A program made the translations under genes and the position numbers. A stretch of 64,000 nucleotides of DNA, from NCBI RefSeq assembly GCF_030144855.1, contig NC_082710.1:144398001-144462000 (forward strand). Direction: 5' to 3'. This stretch comes from Hypanus sabinus (taxonomy: Eukaryota). The notes beneath the pieces are model-generated. The model worked only from the letters and a program-made list of their open reading frames with translations, had not been told where the DNA came from and made no database searches. Shown here in pieces: positions 1 to 14,042 of this stretch (position 1 is the stretch's first letter; the number at the start of each line of letters is the position of its first letter).

Positions 1-1937
1 TCGGCACATTAAAGCGATGCTAAAGTGATGTCGCATTGAAGGAAAGAAACTCCATTGTTATCCTCCCTGACCCTCAACATAAAGTCAGCAAGCTCACTGA
101 CATTTTCAAAATTGTGATCAGTATGTTTTAAGAAGTGGGTGAAGCTGAGAATGAGCATGAAACGCATCTAGATCGGGCGTAAGCTAGCTGAATGGCCAAA
201 CTCGTTAAGCGGGCCGAATGGCCACGTGCTGTCTCCGTGACCTGTCGCTGAAGAAAATGGGTATTTTGAGTTGGCTTGAGGAAAGTGAAAATTTCAGCAG
301 CACCAAAACAGTTTCGGGTCTCAAATATCCAAAATTCAGAATTTTGACAAAATTATTTTTTAAAAAACAGATGTGCGCTTTACATTTTAAGGATTTTTAA
401 AAATATTAACCTATACTCACACACTACGTTATATAATTTTAGTAAAAAACTAACGAAAAGTGTACACTTCTATAGCATTGTTTACCATGTCGGAAAACTT
501 GAAAGTATTTTACAGGAAAGGGAATAGTATCTATTCTCAGGCCAGCATAGACCTTTTGGGGCTGAAGGGCCTGTGTCGGTGCTGTATTGCTCTATGGTTC
601 TTCTAGAATGCGTTTTAATAAATTAAATCCCCACCTGCCGAAATGTGGTGATCAACTGATAATCTAGTTTAGTAATGTTCAGAGCAGACGGAAACGTATT
701 TGAACATTACACGTAAAAAAAAACAATGAAGTTCAGCAACATTTAAAAAGCATTTAAACAGGATCCTGAACAGATAGGAAAATAGACCACGTGTAGGCGG
801 ATGGGATCTAAATTGGTATCATATTTGTCCGAGACATCGTGGGCTGAAGGGCCTGTTCAATGTTCTAATCCTTCCCCCTGATTTTAACTGGAACTTCTTG
901 TCTACATACTTGAAGTAAAATTAGAAGCTCGAATGAGGTGAGAACCTTAACTACTAAGCCATAGATATCATGCGTAACGGACTTACAATAAAAAAAAACT
1001 ACCTGGCATGAAATGAGTACACAGAGTTAAACAGGTGAGATGACCATAGACTCCCCACCACCAATCTGACCTGGAGCTGACTCCATCAGTAGCTTTGAAG
1101 TGAAAATATTTGCATAAAGGTGCCAAGCATTGGTAACATTCCCAAGCCAACTCCTTGGCTGGAGACCAGCTACACCCAAGAAACTGCAACGTCCTGAGTG
1201 GGAAATGAATAGGAGATGCACAGTACTATAAATTGACCATTTGTCTGAAGGAGCGATTTGATTTTGTTAAAGTGGCAGCCTTATTTTGTTGCATTTAGAA
1301 AATCATTCTTCATCCCCTCTTCCTGTTCAGCCTACCTCATGTAAGTATATTTATCAGTGGGTAGAGACTGTGCTTGGTATTAGGAAGAACCCAATTACTG
1401 GTCCTACCTTTGATTATCATCTCAGGATCAGGAGGGCAGATAGAAATATTACAGTACACTCCTATGGAGCGAATACTTGACTCCTTTCCGCAGGTTGAGG
1501 GGCCAAGAACTGAGCTTCAACTTTTTATATGGTCAATGGACAACATTACATCTCATCCAAATTTGCCATCAGTGGGTAATGAAACAGAACTACTTCTAAA
1601 ATATATTAATGGTGGAACTTTTCAAAAGGTTTCTTCAAATTCAAGGAATATGCGCACTTTGGCATTTTTAGCTAAGAGATTTGTTGGCCCATTTCACAGC
1701 GCCATTAAGAATCTGTCCCATTGTTTATATAAGTAGCGTCACATTTGCAACCCGCAGACTGGTATGGATATAAGAGGAAGTGTACCACTTGCGTTTTACA
1801 ACAAACCACAATTCTTGTCATCAGACTTCCTGGACTATTTAATTAATTAAATTTATTTTTTCCTGTTGCCATGGTGGGTTTTGAACTCATGGCCAAGGAT
1901 TTTGCCCCATGCTTCTGAACTGGAGCATAACCATTGT

Positions 1938-2310
1938 TCTGGAACACAGAAGGTTGATGAGAGACTTTATCGAGGTTTATAAAACTAGGAAGGGCATAGA
2001 TAGGATTCATATTCAGAATCTTTCTCCCGCGGCAGGGGAGTCTAGAGCTAGAGGGCACAGGTTTAAAGTGAGAGGGGAGAACTTAAAGGAAATCTGAGTG
2101 GCAAATTCTTCACAGAGAGGGTGATGATTATCTGCAGTGAGCTGCTGGAAGATGCAGTCTTGACAGATACAATTACATTTAAAAGGAGTTTTACATTTAA
2201 AGGGACTTTGGTAGTCCCTAGAGAGATACGGGATGAATGTGGGCACTAGCAAACTGAGGCATCACAGTGGCATGGATCACGTAGGCAGAAAGGGTCCAAT
2301 TCTGTGTGGT
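1938..2310 (+). mobile_element. CR1 LINE 3' fragment
   Basis: LEHRRLMRDFIEVYK..GIDR..SRARGHRFKVRG is the CR1 ORF2 C-terminus, followed by a 3'UTR. Confidence 0.8.
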
Positions 2311-2599
2311 ACCATTCAGTGATTCTGCGATTTTAGTGCCCTTTCCCTCTCCAAGCCAAGAACAATGAGACCAGTTATATTCTAATCTTCTCTGCCACTT
2401 CTGACATTGGAATTTGGATTGTTTCTGGTCCAAATGGGCCACGTGCCACTTTACACGACTCATTCAACTGGAGAACATTTGCTTTTCTCTGCGCCCTCTT
2501 CAGTTCTTTTCATCTTCACTTACACTTCTTGATTTGGCTTTGCTCAACTTGCCACACCTGACTAATTTACCCCAACCGTCCTAGAGGCTTAGGTCTTTT

Positions 2600-2719
2600 G
2601 CAACACACTCAAAATACTGGTGGGGGTCAGGCACCACCTATGAAGGGGAATACACACTCGACATTTCGGGCAGAAACTCTTCATTGGGACTGCGCCCCGA
2701 TACCGTTCATCAGGACTGG
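2600..2719 (-). mobile_element. Penelope-derived hammerhead-type short repeat with a duplicated head
   Basis: The reverse strand reads CCAGTC CTGATGA..., then CAGTC CCAATGA AGAG..CCC GAAATGTCGAG, then the family tail. Confidence 0.65.
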
Positions 2720-4969
2720 GTCCTGATGCCTTTGATCCGACGTGGGTCATTTGTTGGGTAGAGTTTGTAGGCGTTTCAGTACCCTGTGCTACATCCAAAA
2801 ATGTACATCAAACCATAAGGTAAAGGAGTTGTATTAGGCAATTTGGCCCATCGAATCTTCTCCGCCATTTAATAATGGCTATTTATTTCCCTCAACCGCT
2901 TTCCCCCGCCTTGTCCCCAAAACCCTTAACCACCCACCCCTACGCACCCCCCCCCAATATTCCTGACCTGTCTTCGTCCAGATGTAGCTACTCAATGAAC
3001 GCTTGACAGTAAATATTTAAAATACTCCCACGCCTGTCCCCCTCTACCCATAGACAAAACCTCTCAATGCAAGGTGCAACAGTTGTACCATTCTAAATAC
3101 CAACTTTTACTGAAAACAAGTCTTTGGATCCTTTCTGGGACTAAATAGTTCGCCGACCAAAGGCAAACGGGCAGAATCTCAGAGAATCCATGGCTGGTTT
3201 AATTTTCTCTCCGGGAGAAATTTCAACCTAACTCGCGGGGCAAGAGATAGGCGAGACTCCGCGCCGCAGAGATCTTGCTTCCTTTATGCGTTACTTTTTA
3301 TCGATAGCAGATGAAATCACGCGGGCTGTGGGTACGAGCCCAACGGTTTTAAAGAAGGGTGGGAAGGTTAAAATTGCCCTTGTTTTGCGCTTAATTTTAA
3401 ATACATTGCCTCACACACTCCTCCTCACCTTCGTATCCTTCCCATTTTACCTGTACAACGGGCCTCCTACGCCTCGCGATCCACCCCCTTCCTCTCCTGT
3501 TATCTTTGCTCACATCCTTTCTAACATTCACTCCCCTACATTAGCAGAATCTCACTTTCCTCCTCTGCCTGGGTCACTCGCACTTATCCACACAGGGACA
3601 CGCGCTCCCTTTCCCTTTGAAGCCCCCCTGTCCGTTTCGAGCACACAGACCCTATAACTCAGTATACTGGATATCTGTACAATGAACCTCTAAATGAAGA
3701 CAAATATTGTCACACTCGGTTGTTTGTTTTCTCCTGACTCGGCGCTAGATTAAGATGTGAGATTACACTTATTGTTTCTCTCGAATAATGCCAGGAGTGA
3801 ATACAAAACAAAATTCCTCGCCGTACACACCACATCCCGCTGGGCAGTCTTTCGAGGTCTGTTGCAAAAAAACAAGCTCTCGAGTGCTAATTACAAATAA
3901 ATTATGATGTGCCCACTAAGTAATTGATTTAATGAAGTTCCTATGAAACTATTAAAAACGGGTAGAGGTCAAGAAAGTGGCGCCCCAGAGCGCACATTGT
4001 CGGATGTTTAACTCTCTTCGAAAAGACATCGGGGCTAATAGGTGAAGTCACAGTTGCCCGAATCTGACTTCTGGGAAGAAAAATGAATCGCTCCTAAAAT
4101 TTACCGCAATTCAACCAGGCCCTAATTCACAAGGACACCGGCACTCAATTCGCTTGTAGTTAAGAATTCTCTAAGAAAGGCACATAAAGCAATAGACACC
4201 GCACTTTCAACAACTCCGCCATCTGTAACAAAAGCCCTTGCTCTGAGTATATTAGCAGGCTCTGAATATGGTCGCAAACAAAAAAAAAACCCTGAGTTAT
4301 GGGTACTTACAGGCTCCTCTAACTGTGCAACTTCTGAGGGAGAATTCTTGTCCATTTAATTTGGCTTTTTGGGTCCTAAAACGACTTAACAGTTTCCCAG
4401 AACATCACGATGTCTGGTTTACTTTCTGTTACTCTCTCTCCACCTATTCAAGAATTTTAAGCAGTGCGCCAGGTAGGGCGCTTGGAGGATTTTTGGCACG
4501 CAGCCTAGACTATGAATGTGTGTCCATTAAAGTGTTTCTCGATGAAAAGCTCTACACTTGAAGCAGCAAGAAGAATAGAGTCCAAGAATACAGCATCATC
4601 ATCGACAGGAGTCCCCCTCCAGACCTCACTGTAAAACAAACGCTGGGGTTTACACTAATCCCAAACTAGACTGGAAGTTCAGCAAGTGTTTCCTTAGTCG
4701 GCGATAATTAATGTACACTGGATTTTTAAAGCGACAAAAGGACGACTAAGTATGATGTTGCATTCTCGAAAAGAGTTTCAGAAAGGAATTGTGAAATGAG
4801 AGTGGTGAAGGCAGCAAGCTGGAAATCTTGTTTCTCCAACTTTTGCCTGGTTCGTTTGCCCTGCACTAGCAGTGAGTGTTAGTGGAAACCAACGTGTCTC
4901 TCTCTTCCTGTGTGTTATCTTACAACTTTATCTTTTTTTAATTCATTAGATCTCCAATTCATTGCCACA

Positions 4970-5172
4970 GACGACTGTGGAGGCCAAGTCATTTGATAGA
5001 TATTTTAAGCGGAGTTTGATAGGATCTTGATTTGTAAGGGCGTCAAGGTTACGGGGGGAAAAAAGGAGAATGGGGTTGAGATGGATAATAAATCAGTCAT
5101 GATGCAATTGCGGAACAGACTCGGTGGGCCGAATGGCCTGATCCTGCTTCTACATCTTATGGTCACATGGTC
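4970..5172 (+). mobile_element. CR1 LINE 3' end
   Basis: gtggaggccaagtc..tttaagcggagtttgatagg..gggccgaatggcct..cttatggtc tail. Confidence 0.75.
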
Positions 5173-6529
5173 TTTCGTACATCAAATCGTTGCCCAATTT
5201 CATCCTCTGCAATAGACTCAATCTGCAGTTTAGAGCGCGAGCATCCTTTACACTGACTGGGACAACCTCCCACTCCTCCGCAGACCCGTTTGCACGGTCT
5301 CCTTGAATGATGATAAAGATTGTCAGGCCACCTGAAGAGAATTCCGTAAGGCCATGCAAATTGCCTGCATGTTCAGACCGAAGTGAAGAAAACATTCTAC
5401 ATGTTGACATGTTTGGTCCGCCATCTTTCCAAGGCATTGCATAATTGTTCCATCGCCATCGCTTTTGAATGCAAGCCAGAGACTCTGCTCACCATTGGTG
5501 TCCGTATTAGTTGGGGAGAAATGCAGAATGATTGAACATCCTTATTAAACCCAGCCCAGTTCGAGCACCACGTGGATCTTCCGTCTTCAATAAACAGTCT
5601 TTGTACTCCAGGGGCAAATGGTGCTCATTTTCCAGTGTGTCTTCTCTTTCCTGGACTCACGGGTGATAAATTAAAAGACGTGCTAAAAGATTATTGAATC
5701 TTTCCCAAAGCATGTCTCTTTTACCCCCCAAACTGTGCAAGCAAATATTTATTTCAGTCAGATCACCACCCTTTCAATAATCAGTGGAAAATATTTGCAA
5801 ATAGTGTATGAATTTGCCCAAATGGCGCAGTCTGAAAACTTCAGGCTCTTGAAGTGAAATATCGGAGTTCATTTCCTGACTTAAGGGTGCCTTTTACTTT
5901 CCATTCGCACAGGCCTCGGAAGGGCAATCTTCCTCTCTGACGAGGAATTATTTCCTTAACAAGATTTTTAAAGGCAGGGTCAAGTTTTATCTATAAATCA
6001 TCCAAATTGGTTTCAGTGGTTGAAACAATCTTCCCTCTTAACACAGAAGCGAAGAAGGTTATTTTTGTTAACTGTTTTATACCTGGTGTCTATCCAGTGG
6101 CCTGTTTATTTTCCTTTGGTCGCTGCTATTGTTTTGCAGACTGGTATTAGAGTGTAAGCCAATCAGCAGGGCGTTTCTATTTACTAACAAAACCACAGAT
6201 CTCCCGAGCAAAACCGGGAATATTTCTTTTTGTAGTTTTCTTTCGATTTAAATTTTAGACTTAGCTTATCGTTTTCAGTAACCTTAATTATACAATGTGC
6301 GTCAATAAAAGAATATGGCGAAGCAATAATTTGGGCTGATTCCTCGGGCAACCATCAACCACACTGATTGTGTGAGTTTGAAGCGAGTTGATTGCCAAGC
6401 AAGAACATCCGGAGTTGAATCCTTCGAAAGCAGTTTGTAGTGTCTTGCCCATAAATTAACAGAGTAAACTTGAAGTTATTATTATTTATTAGTTGATATG
6501 TGTGGATGGGAGGAGGATCTTATCTGCAT

Positions 6530-6812
6530 GCTTTGTGTGTGTGTGTGATTCTGTGGGGAGTATCTGTGTTTGCGGTGGAGGAGGGGAAGATGAGTATATC
6601 TTTATCTTTGTACGTGTGTATACACCCGTGTATTAGCCGCGTTTGTGTGGGTATTGGGGTATAGGTTTATGTTTGTGTGTGTGTGAGAGGGAGAGAGCTA
6701 TGTTTGTGTGGGTATTGGAATATTGGGGGTTTGTGTGTTTATGCGTGTGCTCGTGTTACGGGTGGGTGCGTGTTGTGTTTGTGTTGGGGTTGTGTGTGTG
6801 TGTGTTTGTGTA
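6530..6812 (+). repeat. Degenerate GT-rich low-complexity tract
   Basis: Interrupted (TG)n runs. Confidence 0.7.
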
Positions 6813-7958
6813 AGGATCACACTACATTATCCATCCAATAAATGAAGACTGGTTTGAAGTTCCATTTAAATGCATCGATGACACGTTTGTTTCAATGCGG
6901 CTTTATCGATCTTGTAAAGTTAAATCAATATTTTAAAGGAGGTTCCGGGGTTTGCAGAATCACCTGCAGGGCCAGCCCTGTTGCCTTTCTATCGCGTCTA
7001 CTGAAAGAAGTGCACTTTTACTAAACTAAATGTGTGTGCAAAAAGCTGGTTAGACTAACGATGTCGTTTGACAAGGGTGGTGAGTAAATAGACAAAGCTG
7101 GAATCGAGCTGAATCGTAAGCAGCCTTAATTAACACCAGCTTAAATAGTCGGACAGGGCAGTGCAGAAAAAAAGTCAAAGAAAGACTTTCAGGCTGAGTG
7201 CCCCTTGACAAGCTCTTTTTTTCCCCTAGTGTCATTCAATATTTAATGCACTCTGCTTGTAACGCTACCACTGGTGCGCCGTTCTCAGAGAGCACATTAT
7301 TTTTCAGGATATTCAGATTGAAAGCCGGCACTTTTTGGGAGAGTGTTTAAGAAGTGCTAAATATTATAATATAGTTGCAGGCAAACTCTGTCCAGTAGCC
7401 ATTAAGCGCAATCTGGCTGAAAATGACCGAGAACAAAATAAATCCTGTGTCCAATGTATCAATTTGAGGCTTTTTAAAAAAACTAACTTTCATTTATGGG
7501 TGGAATGGTTTATTGTATTTACATAAATGAGATAGATGAGAAATTTAGGGGAAGTTTTAGTGAAATGTTAGGCTGATCGCTATATATTGGTAACATTTGT
7601 CGTGCTTAATTATTTTCCAGTAGACAGAACCAAAGACAAATTACAAAAATTTCATGATAAATAATTACTTTCAAGAGAGAATGGACAGAGTTTGCAACTT
7701 TGCAAGCGTAAGATCGACATTTGGTTTGCCGTATAATTCTGAAATCGGTGGTGTATTTATGCATCTGTTATGAATAAATTTGTATAAAACAGGATGTGGT
7801 TTGTACAAAGAGAGGCCAGTCAGCTATAGTGTTCTTGTTTTTAAGTCTTACGGCGAGGCGGACGGAGTGTGAGCGGGGTAACATTGTGGTCTGTGTATCT
7901 GACATTATGGTGTATGAGGTGACGGTTTAAGAACATGCATGAAGCGCATCAGAAATCG

Positions 7959-8097
7959 NNNNNNNNNNNNNNNNNNNNNNNNNNNNNNNNNNNNNNNNNN
8001 NNNNNNNNNNNNNNNNNNNNNNNNNNNNNNNNNNNNNNNNNNNNNNNNNNNNNNNNNNNNNNNNNNNNNNNNNNNNNNNNNNNNNNNNNNNNNNNNN
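7959..8097. other. Assembly gap
   Basis: Run of N. Confidence 1.
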
Positions 8098-9904
8098 ATC
8101 CACCCCCGCTCTCTCTCCACTTTCTCCCCCTCCACACCTCCCCTAAAATTCAGCAGTGTGGCGTCAGAAAGTCTGAGTTGCAAAGTTCCTGATTTCCACA
8201 GTCTGTATGTTAAGGCAGTTCATGTAAGTAATTTCAGTGGGCTTTCTAGTAAAGGAGAACAAATCGTTGACAAAAGGGAGCGCTTTTCAATTCAGCTGTG
8301 TTGTTAGGACGACGGCAAAGTATTCCTCAGATAATAAGTTCCACTTCAAAGGGTTTCTCATTCAACGGTGACTGCTTCGCTCTTTTATTAAGTCCCCGGG
8401 TTTTTCACTCGGAGGAATCATCTGTTTGGTTATTTTCCATCGTGTTTATTTTTCACCATTCACTGAGTACTTGTATTAGATAAACAAAGGACGATAGCAT
8501 ATTGCACACAATAGTTGGTGAGTGCAAAAAAAAGGAGGGGGGGGGAGAGAAAGAGCCGAGTAAACACTTCAAGACCCATCCCCAAGGAAAAAATAAAGTC
8601 GCTGATATTTGGGAGGGGGAGGTGGGCGGAGGGAAGGGAAAGGAAAAGTGAGGGGAGGGGGCAGTCTCCTGGAGGGGAAAGGACAAAATATGAAAGATTC
8701 TGATGCGGTGAAAATTGACTGAACTAACATGGCATGAAACTAAAGGTCAATGCAACTGTATCTTAATAGACTGTCGCGAATCGAGGTAGACTGCTCTGGA
8801 TGCAACCTACTTTCGAATCGCTCATTGCCATAGCAATCTTAACGCGCCATGTTGATGTACCGTAAAAGCAGTAGTTTGAATTTCAAAGACGCTGCCTTTG
8901 AACTTCTCCCTGCCTGATTAGACACTTGCACTTTTTCCTTTTTCTCTCCTCCTTTTTGTTATTGCTGTTGACTTGAGTTGCACTTCCTCCACTACATATA
9001 TGTATATATAAATAAATACATACACACACACACACAGATATATAAAGTGTGTGTATGTATGTGTGTGTTTGACTTCTCTCTCTGAACTGGTCAGAAAGGG
9101 TTATTCCTTTATTCGTTATAGGGACAGCGAGCCGTGTCTTGCGTTCTAAGTATATATATTTTTTTAAAATCTAACTTAGGTACTCTGCTTTTGATTCTAT
9201 CCACGCGCAAGCTGCAAGGGGACAACATGGCCCTCACCAAACCAATGAAAAGGTTGTTTACATCTATGCCGCTTCCCAAACTAATTCCAAATCAATCTAC
9301 TCGCCACCCCGTTAAAATGTCTTGTCTGGCTGCTGCTCCCACCCCCATTCTGGGGAAAGTTCGAGTCATTTGCTGCGTTATCTGGCGACACTTTATTAAG
9401 AAAGCCTTAAAACGTTGACAGAAGAGGGTGTTTGCAACAATCCACCTACTTTCTGGTGAATGATGTCTGTGTGGGACGGACTTCCGACTCGTGTTTCTGT
9501 TTGCCTGAAAATACGCGGCAAGAGTTGGAACGCGTTTCTTACATTCTGTTGGCTTCCGTACTAATGTCCCAGTGACAAAGTATTCCTGTACTTTGTGCAC
9601 TTTTTTTTCAAGGTGCTCGCTGCTACACGAGATGTTGGTGAAGAAGAGTGGTTATTTTATATATACACACACAAATCATGTGCCACTTAGACCCTAATAA
9701 GTGGCTTTATTGAAAATATATTTAAATGCGAAGCGAAGCTCTGCCAATTGCCATAGAAATTGTAACACACCATGAAGAGTGTCCAAACGCCAAGTCTTCC
9801 GCTCTGGAGTAAATTGCTTTGAAGTGGCGCAGGACAGACACTGTCACATTTTGCCCGCAGAGAGAAGATAGTGAACGCTAGGGGAACGAGATTGTGCCTT
9901 CAAA

Positions 9905-10034
9905 NNNNNNNNNNNNNNNNNNNNNNNNNNNNNNNNNNNNNNNNNNNNNNNNNNNNNNNNNNNNNNNNNNNNNNNNNNNNNNNNNNNNNNNNNNNNNNNN
10001 NNNNNNNNNNNNNNNNNNNNNNNNNNNNNNNNNN
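9905..10034. other. Assembly gap
   Basis: Run of N. Confidence 1.
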
Positions 10035-11265
10035 GCTTATTGTTAGATATCTTTTATCTTTTATATTTCCCATGAATCATTCATGTGCCGATGCCTTTGT
10101 ACAGCCCTTCTTTTCACAAGAAACTTCATTAGAGTCCTGTAAGTTTTCCCATTGATTTGGCGCCTTCATTTACATGAGTCTTCTTCTACTTCGTAGGCAT
10201 TTAATTGTGAATCTCAGAAGCAGCCATTTTCATCAAGGATACATATCATTCATTCCACGAATTGTTTTCTTGAAAGCCGGGTCCACACTTTCATCCACGA
10301 TTCCATCCGCTCTTTGACACTTTGACCGAAAGGAATCCGGTTTCTGTCCATTATCTCACCATAATGTACATTCAACGGGACCCCTCACTCCAGGCTACAG
10401 GCTGCCCCTCCTGAGAGCTGACAGCCTTTTAAATTCGTCTTTAAGTGACAGGGTGTCTACCTTTACAAGGTGATACGGAGGCGTGATATTTAGAAGACAT
10501 TCAATGCTGTCAATAACGCAGGCAAAGTCAACGATAATAGTTCAAATATCCGGTATGAGTCGAGAAACATACTTGCTCACACCGTGGCAGATGCTGACTT
10601 TTGGAAAAGTTGATAATGCCTGGAATTTCCGGGAGCATACAATCAGAAATTGATTTTCGGGAAATCTATTCAATGGTAGTTTCACGTGATAGCCAACTAA
10701 CTGTAACCAACAAGTATAATAATACTTGGAGGACGGGGTTACAAATTAACTGCCAGGATATTAAAACTGTTAAGCATATTTATGTACTGCAACTACGTTT
10801 AAAAAAAACAGGAATGGTCGTTGAATCTTGTTTTAACCCAGTCGATGTATCTCCCAGCTTGTCCCTAACCTGCAGCGTTTGGAGTTGGCAGCATTTTCAG
10901 AGCAAACGTGACTTCCTTTCTTGCATTGTTGACGTCATTTTGAGATGTCAGTTCCAAATAATATTGGGAACTGTTTCTTTGCCGTCTGACAATTGTATCC
11001 AGGAGGCATCTTCAATGTGCCATTCTGCGATTGAGCAGGTAAATACTTTCACAGAGGCCAACCAAGGTCCTTGTATAACAGCGGACAGCTGATCATAAAA
11101 GTTCCGACCCGTGGCCTTAAATCTTTTAGTTTTACATCATTGCCTAAAATTACTTTATTTTTCCCTTTTTTGCAACCCCCAAAAAATCACGTTTTGACAT
11201 TTGTTGGGACTTACACATTTAATACAGAATGTGAATATTAAAACGGAGGGGAAAAACAATATTTC

Positions 11266-11271
11266 TTTATT
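11266..11271 (-). terminator. Candidate zic5 polyadenylation signal (AATAAA); a second one at 11154-11159
   Basis: TTTATT on the plus strand, followed on the minus strand by a U-rich tract. Implies an AU-rich 3'UTR of about 1.4 kb. Confidence 0.5.
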
Positions 11272-12628
11272 CACAATTGTAAAATACACTGTCACACGGT
11301 TTAACGTCTTTCACTGAAACACAAATTACACGTGGACCATTCATTGTAGTAAAAGAACTGATATGTCTTGGTTGTGTTTTTTTTCTCTCCAATCAGGAGT
11401 CATGGGTGGCGTTGTCAATGCAAGGCAAACATAAACTGACTGCAACATGCATCATAATTATAACATGAACCAATACTGTAGGTACAACGATTAACCACCA
11501 TGGAGGAAAAAATAAACAGTCACATACTTTACTTTTCACATTTTACATTTCATTCAAGTAGGCAGAAATTAAACGTCACAGATTCATAAACACCACAATA
11601 CCGCACCAAACGTAATAACATAATTCTTTGGTGTATCTGTACTATCGCAGAAAGATATTACACATCAGCAAATAAATTATAGTTTACAAATAAAAGAGCA
11701 TTTATGGACAAAAAATTCTTAAGATACCTAACGATTACATTAACGACTTGCAGCCCACAACAATTATGTACAAATCCTACAGGGACAGGCCTGTCATTTT
11801 TGCATTTTCTGGCCTCTAAGGACATATTAGTGCTCTTTAGTTTGTTGGTCTGAAGGCCTGAATAATTATGAGTAAAATATGAAGATTTTTGACTACATCA
11901 TGATGAATAGAACATCACACAAAAGAATCCCAGGGCTCTTGGTTTTAAGGGTTGATATATTGATGATCCTGATTTCACAGGGTCAAACAGAGTCCTTGTG
12001 AGTTTCACTGATAGAAGAATCCTTTCACATACAGCAGGAAAGTTCTAATTCAGCTGTGTATGTTAGGATATGTAAATAGAATGCTGTTTATACTCGGTCA
12101 CCGAAGCCGCTGACACAGGGTGATTTCACTGAGCACAAGGCTATAGCCGTTTTGTTTTCCTCCGGGGATTGTAGTCCATGATGGCTTCGCAGATTTGTAG
12201 GATTTCCCTTCTTTCTGTCAATCGAGTGAGTTGGGCGTTAAGCAAAAGAACGGCTATGCATGTATCAGTCAGTTCCAAGAAGCGACATGTTGTCTCGTGG
12301 GTCGAAGATCCGATTGCCAGTCCGAAATGGGTCTGATGATATGTTTTATCTGTTTAAGTCACGTCTGATTTCATAAAATCAATATCTATAGTCTGAAAGT
12401 AAATGAGATTGCGATTCTCTTTTACCTCGAAGTACACACAATAATTCTGACTGACACCGAGGCCAGAATGTTGCCTAGGATCGAATCCTTAGCCCTTAAA
12501 TTCATATCCTACGAGGTTTGAATCTAGCTGGTTTTAAGACGGCGTTGGCCATCCTAGCTGCCTTTAGTTGTCGGGGTTCCATTGCCACTAACCCTGTGTT
12601 GACTTTTGCCCATTTGCTCGCATCTGTG

Positions 12629-13062
12629 TCAGAGCATAGTCCTGGGATCAGAGTTCGTGTAAACTTCCTCATCCTCGGTGTCGGATGAGGTGCCATTGTT
12701 GGAAGGTGTGTGCAGGTTGTTGGTAGCCCCGCTCCCTTGGCAAACGTACCATTCGTTGAGGTTAGTGACTTGCGAAGACACGCTGGCTGTGCGGCCTCTG
12801 ACTGTCTCTGAAGCTGGGGACACCATCCCCAGGGATGTGTTTGAAAGCTCGTAGCCGGAGCCAGGGGGAGGGGGAGGAGACTTGCAGTGGACTTTCATGT
12901 GCTTGCGAAGAGAACTAGGGTGAGTGTATGACTTGTCGCAACCTCTTACTTTACAGTTGTATGGTTTATCGCTGGTGTGGACGTGAGAGTGCTTCTTCCT
13001 GTCACTGCTGTTGGCAAATTTCCGGTCACAACCATCAAACTCGCATTTAAAAGGCTTCTCTC
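12629..13062 (-). CDS. zic5: Zic5 coding exon 2 (zinc fingers 4-5 and C-terminus)
   Basis: Acceptor ttattttcag|GAGAGAAG, encoding [59 protein letters not shown]. Stop TGA at 12631-12629. Confidence 0.95.
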
Positions 13063-13942
13063 CTGAAAATAATAAGGAATGGGAAAAAAAAGACAATAAG
13101 AGAACCGAATGGAGCGTTTCGTACAGAGTGAAAAAGAGTTTTTCAAACACATTTCTATTGTTTTGTGAAAATTGTTAAACATGCAGGCGTTTATTATCAT
13201 CGCTTTAGCCTCGGTTACAGGGGCAAATTCCTGCATTACAACAGTAACCGCATTTCAAATAAACCTCTTCACTATTAGTTGAGCTTTCGGATTCCAGACT
13301 TGCCGAAAGGCGCTATAGAAATGTAAGGCTTTTTCATTACCTAAAATCCCCCTCACGTCCTTTCATTCTCTGGCTTCGCTAACCCCTCCAGGAGCCATTG
13401 TTTCTTCTCATTTATATTTACATCCTGGTATACACATTTAGCATTACAATTTTATGACAGTAAGCAGCTGGTCAGGTTTAAGGCTGTGCTTGGTAACGCA
13501 ATTTATCTTTCCATCCTGCAGTCACATGTAAAACTCGATTTCCTTTTGCAAGGAAAATATTTAATGTACTCTCAACTTGTGACGATTCGATACAGGACAA
13601 GAAATCTTTCTATCCAAAACAAAAAAATCTTAATTATGATTAAAAATAATAGCTTTACACCAATCTATTTCTGCAGGTTCTGCACGTTTCCCTGGAATAT
13701 TGAGGAGTTTCTGACTCGATCTCCATCCATCAGGGGCTGGTGAGGTGGTCAAACACGTTTGCGAGAAGTTTTAAGCCAAGTATTTTCAATTTCTGACCCT
13801 TTACAACACACACGGCGCCTATCAATACTTTGAGTCTGCGACCGAGCGGGTGACTGCAAGGAGAGTAACGGCATGGTAGTTATATCTTCAGAATTTTGCA
13901 GAGCTCAGAGGTTTACAATTTGTAACAGCAATTTAAACAAGT

Positions 13943-14042
13943 GAGTCCCGGTGAAGGGTCTCGGCACAAAACGTCGACTCCATAGACTCCTCTCCATAGA
14001 TGCTGCCTGACTTGCTGAGTTAACCTAGCATCTTGTGCATGT
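13943..14042 (+). mobile_element. Penelope-derived hammerhead-type short repeat in the zic5 intron
   Basis: GAGTC ccggTGA AGGGTCTCGGCAC AAAACGTC GACTC..ccatagatgctgcctgacttgctgag; the catalytic core is mutated. Confidence 0.8.

Noticed and set aside
7905-10155. ORFs spanning N runs
   Set aside because: They are artefacts of the assembly gaps.
1-11000. Exons of the expected upstream neighbour clybl
   Set aside because: No recognisable citrate-lyase-beta-like peptide was found in the listed ORFs. Short exons cannot be excluded without TBLASTN.
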